Part shown: piece after piece, positions 14,336 to 19,662 of the stretch | Layout of the letters: the number at the start of each line of letters is the position of its first letter | Numbering within the stretch: position 1 is the stretch's first letter | Source of the DNA: Fibrobacterota bacterium | GTDB lineage: Bacteria; Fibrobacterota; Fibrobacteria; UBA11236 | Length of the DNA stretch: 19,662 nucleotides | NCBI GenBank assembly: GCA_043753995.1 | Contig: JAYUVP010000208.1 | Location: 1-19,662, forward strand | Direction of reading: 5' to 3' | Position numbers and translations under genes: made by a program | The notes under the pieces: model-generated | Database searches by the model: none | Told to the model about the DNA's origin: nothing | The model's input: the letters and a program-made list of their open reading frames with translations, nothing else

Positions 14336-16618
14336 CTAGGCCCCCAGCAACTCCTTGATCCGCTGTTGGGAGCTGCGAACCTTGTCCATTTCCAAATCCT
14401 CACACAGTCTATCGAGATTCCCCTGAATTTCGGTAAAATGCATAAGAAGTTGTCGATCGAGATCGGCCCCAGACCGCTCAATCACCTCTTTGATTTCTTT
14501 CATATAACCACGCTCGCATCCCAAAAACCAACCTGGCCTCAAAGGATGGTTCCGCAAGGTTGGGATGATCACCGCGCTACGCCCCAGCTTGACACGAAAA
14601 CTTACCCGTCTCGCATACCAATTGGCTTGGGTTTCTTCATCCATGCTGCGCAGAAAGTGCCGGCTAGCCACGGGATCGCGACCCGGAATTTGGCCGGTTT
14701 TTGCCAAACAAACCGCCAGAAAAGCCGAATAGGCGGTAAAGGGATCCCCCACCGGAGCAGGTCCTCGCCCAGCCTTGACTGACTTCTCTTGCAATAAAGC
14801 CTGCTCTTCGAGTCCCATGACCCCCATGAGCAAACCCAATCCGGCTTCGTCCAGTGCCGACTCATCGCCCCAAAGTTGGGTTTGAAATCCCTGGCCTTCG
14901 CCTTCTTGCCCCATGGTTTGGGCCGGATGCTCGATGCGATCACGATAACGAAACTGGACATTTTCCAATTTTCCGCGAAAACCGTAAATCGCGCAGATGA
15001 GCGACTCAAGCGATGCCAAATACACGGCATCCCCTGAATTCAAAGCGGATTGAACGGAAATTCCCGTGGCCGACGACAAGCCAAGACGAGCGAAGAAATC
15101 ATCGCCTTGCACAAGCCGGGAGAGGCGTCCAATACAACGGCTCCCACCCGGAGTGAGGCCATAAGAAAGGCAGGTATCCAGCGATCTCACCTTGGCGATT
15201 TGCGCCACCATGGATTTGAATACCGGAGACTTGGCCGTTAGCTTGCGTCGCACGGTTTGCAAGGTGGCGTCCCACTCCTCTAGGACTTCGCGCGAAAACT
15301 CCTCGGCCTTGGGCTTGACCAAAACGTCGCTACTGTCCGCGGAGGCTTCGGGGGCTTGCTTCGCCGTCTCGACCTTTTCGTCCGGCGAAGGCATGGCGGC
15401 ATATTGACCGGTTTGTAAGTCCTGGGCCAATTTGCTCGCGCGTTGAATGGCCTCCATATAATCAAAGCGAGCCTGTTTGCGCTCGGCACTCACGCGAGCT
15501 GCGGAGCGTCGCTCGCCTTGAAGCAAACCATTGAAATGATTGAGCAAGACTTGGATTTGATAATCCTTATGCTGATCCTGCTTTTGAATGCGATAAATCA
15601 GAGCATCCGAAAGCGTATTCAAGGTCTTGTCCATTTGGCTTGGGGCCGTCACCAAGCGGGCGCCCCCGGCTGCCACCATTTCCAAGGCCGAGTAGCGACC
15701 GCCCGGCAGGTTATAGCCTTCTGCGCAAAGGCTATCTGGCATGAGCAAGGTCAATTCCGACCCGAATATCCCCACGCTTTGCAGCCATTCCAGCAAATCA
15801 TCGTGATAAAGTCCGCCCTCTTCGAGCACCAATTCACGCAAAAGGGTCAAGGTGGGGTTGGATACACTGCGATTGAAAAGCACCGAACGTGCGCCTAGAA
15901 ATACGTCCATGGGGCTGACCTGGAATTCAAGTCGGCCTTCGGAGGATTGATTGAAACGCACCGCCAATTCCGTGACCTGTATCAAGGTGGTGACACTTAA
16001 TGCAGGCACGTCCTGGACATTGCCCATCAGGGGTAGGCGGGCGGCGCGACCCACCAAGCGAGTCAAATCGGCGAGACCCCGCAAGGTGGCGGGATCATTA
16101 TGCTGTAGCAGGGCTTGAAAGCATTCCACACGATAGGGATCAAAATGCTCCCCGCTTTTTCTGGAATACGCGGCCCGACGCCAAAGTGCGTGTAAGGCAC
16201 CCCGTTCCGATGCCGTGACATAGGTCGAACCTGTTTGATCAAGATCGGCCGCCAGACGCATGAGCCCGAGATAGGAGCCCAATTCATAGTCCGACTTGGT
16301 TTTTTTCAATTGCACTTCGACTTCAGCGAGGAATTGATAGGACGGAGGTTGCCCTATTACGCCCATTTGCGGCTTGCGATATTGCAAAAACTTATAGATG
16401 TCATCATCCAGGCGGCGCCATGGATCGAAATCCTCATGGCCGCCCATTAAATAGTCGGGCTCCGCCCCGAGCCTATCCAGGGAACGATGACGAAAACGCG
16501 GTCCGGTTGCCATGCCCGCTTCTAGCGGTTCTAGCCGGCCGGGACGGGCGACTTCCTGCCGGGATTGCACCACCACCTGCCGGATGATGTCTTGAGTCTC
16601 CCTGACGCCGATAGCCAC
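14336..16618 (-). CDS. Large hypothetical cytoplasmic protein (~760 aa)
   Basis: Long uninterrupted ORF. GAGGAG lies 6 nt before GTG 16618, which I prefer to the track's 16669. No signal peptide or clear TM helix; largely helical appearance with an acidic linker (PSPDEKVETAKQAPEASADSSD). No family recognised. Confidence 0.85.
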   Translation of the reverse strand: MAIGVRETQDIIRQVVVQSRQEVARPGRLEPLEAGMATGPRFRHRSLDRLGAEPDYLMGGHEDFDPWRRLDDDIYKFLQYRKPQMGVIGQPPSYQFLAEVEVQLKKTKSDYELGSYLGLMRLAADLDQTGSTYVTASERGALHALWRRAAYSRKSGEHFDPYRVECFQALLQHNDPATLRGLADLTRLVGRAARLPLMGNVQDVPALSVTTLIQVTELAVRFNQSSEGRLEFQVSPMDVFLGARSVLFNRSVSNPTLTLLRELVLEEGGLYHDDLLEWLQSVGIFGSELTLLMPDSLCAEGYNLPGGRYSALEMVAAGGARLVTAPSQMDKTLNTLSDALIYRIQKQDQHKDYQIQVLLNHFNGLLQGERRSAARVSAERKQARFDYMEAIQRASKLAQDLQTGQYAAMPSPDEKVETAKQAPEASADSSDVLVKPKAEEFSREVLEEWDATLQTVRRKLTAKSPVFKSMVAQIAKVRSLDTCLSYGLTPGGSRCIGRLSRLVQGDDFFARLGLSSATGISVQSALNSGDAVYLASLESLICAIYGFRGKLENVQFRYRDRIEHPAQTMGQEGEGQGFQTQLWGDESALDEAGLGLLMGVMGLEEQALLQEKSVKAGRGPAPVGDPFTAYSAFLAVCLAKTGQIPGRDPVASRHFLRSMDEETQANWYARRVSFRVKLGRSAVIIPTLRNHPLRPGWFLGCERGYMKEIKEVIERSGADLDRQLLMHFTEIQGNLDRLCEDLEMDKVRSSQQRIKELLGA

Positions 16619-16646
16619 GTAAATCTCCTCAAAAGACGACGAGGCA

Positions 16647-16764
16647 CCCCCAGGGGGCCCCCGGGCCACTCCAACAGGATAGGCCTAGCCTATCTGGAAG
16701 ATAATTCCTAAGGACCTTACCTCGCCAGGCGGAACCCAAACCCTGCAGGGAATGGCTAGCTTTG
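16647..16764. promoter_or_regulatory. Divergent intergenic region with clustered inverted repeats
   Basis: GGGGGCCCCC (16653-16662), GATAGGC-cta-GCCTATC (16678-16694), CCCTGCAGGG (16741-16750), TAGCTTTG (16757-16764). Confidence 0.35.
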
Positions 16765-16773
16765 CTCCCCCTT

Positions 16774-17829
16774 ATGATAATCCCGCTGCCCCCCCGACTG
16801 AGCGAAACTGAACTCAAAGAGCTGGAAGACGTCGTCGCTGAATTTGGCGTACGCATTCAAGCTATTCACGGGGCTCAGCGTTCGATTTACGCCATTTTGG
16901 GCGATGAGACTTCCCAAGAGCTTATCAATCGCATCGAGGGCTTGCCCTATATCGATCGCGTCGACCGTATTCAGGTGCCCTATAAGCTCATGGCCAAGGA
17001 GAGCAAACTCTCCCATCACCGTGTGCAAATCGGAAACCGACAAATTCCCGGCGATTTTTGCGTGATAGCCGGGCATTGCACCATCGACCCCAATAATCCG
17101 AATTATTTCCTCGAAAGCTCGCTCGCCGTAAAGGAAGCGGGAGCCGACATGATTCGCGGCGGAGTTTGGAAGCCCCGTACTTCGCCCCATTCCTTTCAGG
17201 GAGATGCCCGTAGCCTAGAGGTTTTATTGCGTGCGCGTGAGGTCACGGGGTTGCCCATCAATACCGAAGTCATGGACTTTGAGCAGCTCAAAATCTGCGT
17301 CGATGCCAAGGTCGACTGCTTGCAAATCGGCGCTCGCAGCGCCTTGAACTATCGGCTTCTCGCCCAAGTCGGCGCCCTGACCAAGGACTCACAAACACGC
17401 GTCTTGCTCAAGCGCAGCATGCACATGGGTCCGGTTTCCGAATTCATCCTCGCCGCCGAATACGTGGTGGCGCAAGGCAATCCCAATATCATTCTTTGTC
17501 CGCGCGGCACCTTGCCAACCATGGACGGCTATCGCAATCACCCCGATGAATGCATTACCCCCTTGCTCAAGGAAAAAACCTGGGCACCGGTGGTGGTCGA
17601 TCCGAGTCATAGCGTGGGCAAGGCCCACTATGTTCCCCATGCTTGCCTTGCAGCGGTCGCATATGGCGCCGATGGGCTATTGATCGAAACTCATATTCAG
17701 CCGAAAAAAGGCGTGGGTGATGATCCCAAGCAAGCCGTGACGCCCGACCTACTCGCGCAAATCATTCGCGATGCCCGCAGCTTACATACGGTGACGGCCA
17801 AATACCTTTCCCGCATTACCGGAGCCTGA
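16774..17829 (+). CDS. aroF: 3-deoxy-7-phosphoheptulonate (DAHP) synthase, type I-beta, with N-terminal ferredoxin/ACT-like regulatory domain
   Basis: MIIPL...IHGAQRSIYAILGD...IQVPYKL regulatory domain; IAGHC, RGGVWKPRTSPHSFQG, QIGAR, LLKR, VVVDPSH, GADGLLIETH, DDPKQ. Start ATG 16774 (TTG 16762 possible). Confidence 0.92.
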   Translation: MIIPLPPRLSETELKELEDVVAEFGVRIQAIHGAQRSIYAILGDETSQELINRIEGLPYIDRVDRIQVPYKLMAKESKLSHHRVQIGNRQIPGDFCVIAGHCTIDPNNPNYFLESSLAVKEAGADMIRGGVWKPRTSPHSFQGDARSLEVLLRAREVTGLPINTEVMDFEQLKICVDAKVDCLQIGARSALNYRLLAQVGALTKDSQTRVLLKRSMHMGPVSEFILAAEYVVAQGNPNIILCPRGTLPTMDGYRNHPDECITPLLKEKTWAPVVVDPSHSVGKAHYVPHACLAAVAYGADGLLIETHIQPKKGVGDDPKQAVTPDLLAQIIRDARSLHTVTAKYLSRITGA

Positions 17830-17865
17830 GGCGGTTTTTTCCCCCTCAGTAGCCCCATCTCTCAC

Positions 17866-19089
17866 ATGACCAAGGCCAAGGCGGGCTGGGATTTTCTGCC
17901 CGCAACTTTTCGCCAAGCCCTGGCGAAATTGAGTTTTCAGCAACCCACTCCGGTACAAAAATCAGCCTTGCCTGCCGCTTTAGGCGGAGAAGATTTGGTT
18001 TTGCTCGCTCCCACGGGAACCGGCAAAACCTTGGTGTATTTGCTACCGCTTTGGCAATTGCTCGATAGCCGTCGAGGCACGGCTTTGGTGCTTGTCCCCA
18101 CGCGTGAGCTCGCCTATCAGGTTTCGCAAATGTTGCAGCAATTGCAAGCCGACTTGCGCGACCACCTAGTGGTTCTGGTCGGCGGCCATGCCGATGAGCC
18201 GCAAACGCGGGCTTTGCAAGGCCCTTGGCGCATACTCATCGCGACGCCAGGACGTCTGCGCGATCATTTGCAAAGACGTCCGCGCCTACTTCAAGAGACG
18301 CGACTTCTTGTGCTGGATGAATTTGATAGGCTCATTGACTTGGGCTTTGAAGAAGAAGTCGGGGCCTTGCTCAAAAGCATACCCCAATCCAGCCAAAGGC
18401 TTTTGCTAAGCGCGACGCCCCAAGAGGAAAGCCTGGCGCGACTCGGTTTTCAAAATTTGAAAACCATTAGCATAGAGCGCGAGCCGGGTGAACACCGGCT
18501 GGAAGAACGGTTTTTTCTGCTTAAAACCAGCAAGGCCAAAGGCAAATTGCTGGTGGATTCCCTCTTGACCATGCCTCAAGGTGAACAAGCCTTGATCTTC
18601 GTGAACAATATTGCCAAATCGCATCACTTGCATGGCCTGCTGAAATTGCGCGGCATAGACGCGGCCTTTTTACATGGCCACCAATTGCAGCCCCAGCGCG
18701 CCGATGTATTTCAACGCTTTCGCGAAGGACGTTTGAAAGTCTTGGTCGCCACCGATTTGGCTGCGCGAGGTTTCGATATTCCTGAAGTATCGCTTATCGT
18801 TAATTTCGATTTGCCGCGCAATCAGAAGCAATACATTCATCGCTCTGGCCGCACGGCGCGCCGAGGGCGCTCCGGGCTTTGCCTTAGCTTTGCCGGCCCG
18901 GAAGATTGGTTGGCGATGCGCAATTTGCGCGATGCCAATCCCCAGGGCCTACCCTATCAACCCAAATACGATCAAGAAGAAGCTTGGTTCCGTAATGCCA
19001 AGCGCCAACATGACATCTCGGTCCGGCGTGACGAAAAGGCCGATCGCATTCGTAGCGAACAGGGTCTCGACGACGACTCTGAAACTTAA
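17866..19089 (+). CDS. DEAD-box ATP-dependent RNA helicase (DEFD variant)
   Basis: Q motif FQQPTPVQ, I APTGTGKT, Ia PTRELA, Ib TPGRL, II LDEFD, III SAT, IV LIFVN, V TDLAARGFDI, VI HRSGRTAR. Confidence 0.95.
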   Translation: MTKAKAGWDFLPATFRQALAKLSFQQPTPVQKSALPAALGGEDLVLLAPTGTGKTLVYLLPLWQLLDSRRGTALVLVPTRELAYQVSQMLQQLQADLRDHLVVLVGGHADEPQTRALQGPWRILIATPGRLRDHLQRRPRLLQETRLLVLDEFDRLIDLGFEEEVGALLKSIPQSSQRLLLSATPQEESLARLGFQNLKTISIEREPGEHRLEERFFLLKTSKAKGKLLVDSLLTMPQGEQALIFVNNIAKSHHLHGLLKLRGIDAAFLHGHQLQPQRADVFQRFREGRLKVLVATDLAARGFDIPEVSLIVNFDLPRNQKQYIHRSGRTARRGRSGLCLSFAGPEDWLAMRNLRDANPQGLPYQPKYDQEEAWFRNAKRQHDISVRRDEKADRIRSEQGLDDDSET

Positions 19090-19631
19090 CGCCTGACTTG
19101 CTCGCTTCCCTTTGCTGGAAGGGATTGCAAAGTGAAATTCAAATTCAAGCGGGGATAGGCTTCCGCGATTTTTCCATCCTGAACCGCTTTATCATCCTCG
19201 ATTTTAATTCCCGATTTCGCGGGAAAGACCCAGGTCCCTAGATAGCTACCGCGTGATTCCTCAACGCGAAAGCGTAAGGCTGTCACCTCGCGACGGGTTT
19301 CCACTCCATCCATCAGCAGGGTTATGCCCACGCAATCCCACATGCCCTCGGGAATTCTCAGGGCATAGTCATCCTCTCGTCTGGCATAAAGATGATCGGT
19401 GAAATCCCGCTCATAGGTTTTGATTTTTCCGGTCATGGCATTTTTCATTTCCAATGCGATGCGAGTCACCTTTCTATCCTCAAGGACGAGCTTGCCGTAA
19501 ATGAAGCCTTCCCCTCGTGCCTGAAAATCGTATTGGCTGTCCGGTGCCTTCAGGGCGCGACTGCACCCCACTAGAACCAGGAAGACTCCGATGAGGGTCA
19601 CCCCGATGATACTCTTAACTTTGACGTCCAT
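19086..19631 (-). CDS. Hypothetical lipoprotein
   Basis: GGAG/AGGA upstream; MDVKVK, hydrophobic stretch and lipobox LVG|C; beta-rich mature part. Its stop shares TTAA (19086-19089) with the convergent helicase stop. Confidence 0.8.
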   Translation of the reverse strand: MDVKVKSIIGVTLIGVFLVLVGCSRALKAPDSQYDFQARGEGFIYGKLVLEDRKVTRIALEMKNAMTGKIKTYERDFTDHLYARREDDYALRIPEGMWDCVGITLLMDGVETRREVTALRFRVEESRGSYLGTWVFPAKSGIKIEDDKAVQDGKIAEAYPRLNLNFTLQSLPAKGSEQVRR

Positions 19632-19662
19632 TATTCCTGCTCCAAAGGGGAAGTTGAAACTC

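Noticed and set aside
16752..16811. 19-aa uORF (MASFAPPYDNPAAPPTERN) as an aromatic attenuator leader for aroF
   Set aside because: Only one Phe and one Tyr, not clustered; it overlaps the aroF start and no terminator/antiterminator pair is evident.
10278..17829. Regulator as a TyrR-like controller of aroF, since it lacks GAFTGA and lies near a DAHP synthase
   Set aside because: Architecture is FHA-GAF rather than ACT-PAS, it is coupled to the kinase operon, and no TGTAAA-N6-TTTACA box is visible upstream of aroF.
17826..17849. CTGAGGCGG-tttttt-CCCCCTCAG hairpin after aroF as a terminator
   Set aside because: The T-run forms the loop rather than following the stem, and the next gene starts 16 nt later, suggesting read-through.
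1..19662. CRISPR arrays, tRNA/rRNA, IS elements, prophage or defence genes
   Set aside because: No regularly spaced repeats, cloverleaf-like sequence, transposase, integrase or nuclease motifs seen by eye; intergenic gaps are short. A covariance-model search was not possible.

Overview
Gene-dense bacterial chromosomal window with no rRNA, tRNA, CRISPR array or mobile element that I can support. Left (minus strand): a CUT1 carbohydrate ABC importer operon (MalK/MsmK-type ATPase, lipoprotein solute-binding protein, MalF-like and MalG-like permeases). It is followed by a >648-codon signal-peptide ORF that runs off the left edge, is missing from the supplied ORF track and looks like an outer-membrane beta-barrel. 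The MalG-like permease carries a ~335-aa extracytoplasmic insert that reads like a 7-bladed beta-propeller. Divergent from the operon is a secreted HExxH metallopeptidase-like protein with a YPNP-type C-terminal tail. Centre (minus strand): a 760-aa unknown protein, then a tightly coupled cassette of TPR lipoprotein, membrane Ser/Thr kinase with a PEGA-like domain, an FHA-GAF-AAA+-HTH enhancer-binding protein and two small ORFs. That regulator has GAIAGT in place of the sigma54-contacting GAFTGA loop, a degenerate FHA domain and probably a CTG start. Right: a regulated type I-beta DAHP synthase, a DEAD-box (DEFD) helicase and a convergent lipoprotein. Exported regions are enriched in the D-(S/T)-(A/I/L/V/M/T) motif known as the Bacteroidota O-glycosylation sequon. 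With the YPNP tail this suggests an FCB-group host, possibly Fibrobacterota (inference). All family calls come from reading motifs by eye, not from database searches.
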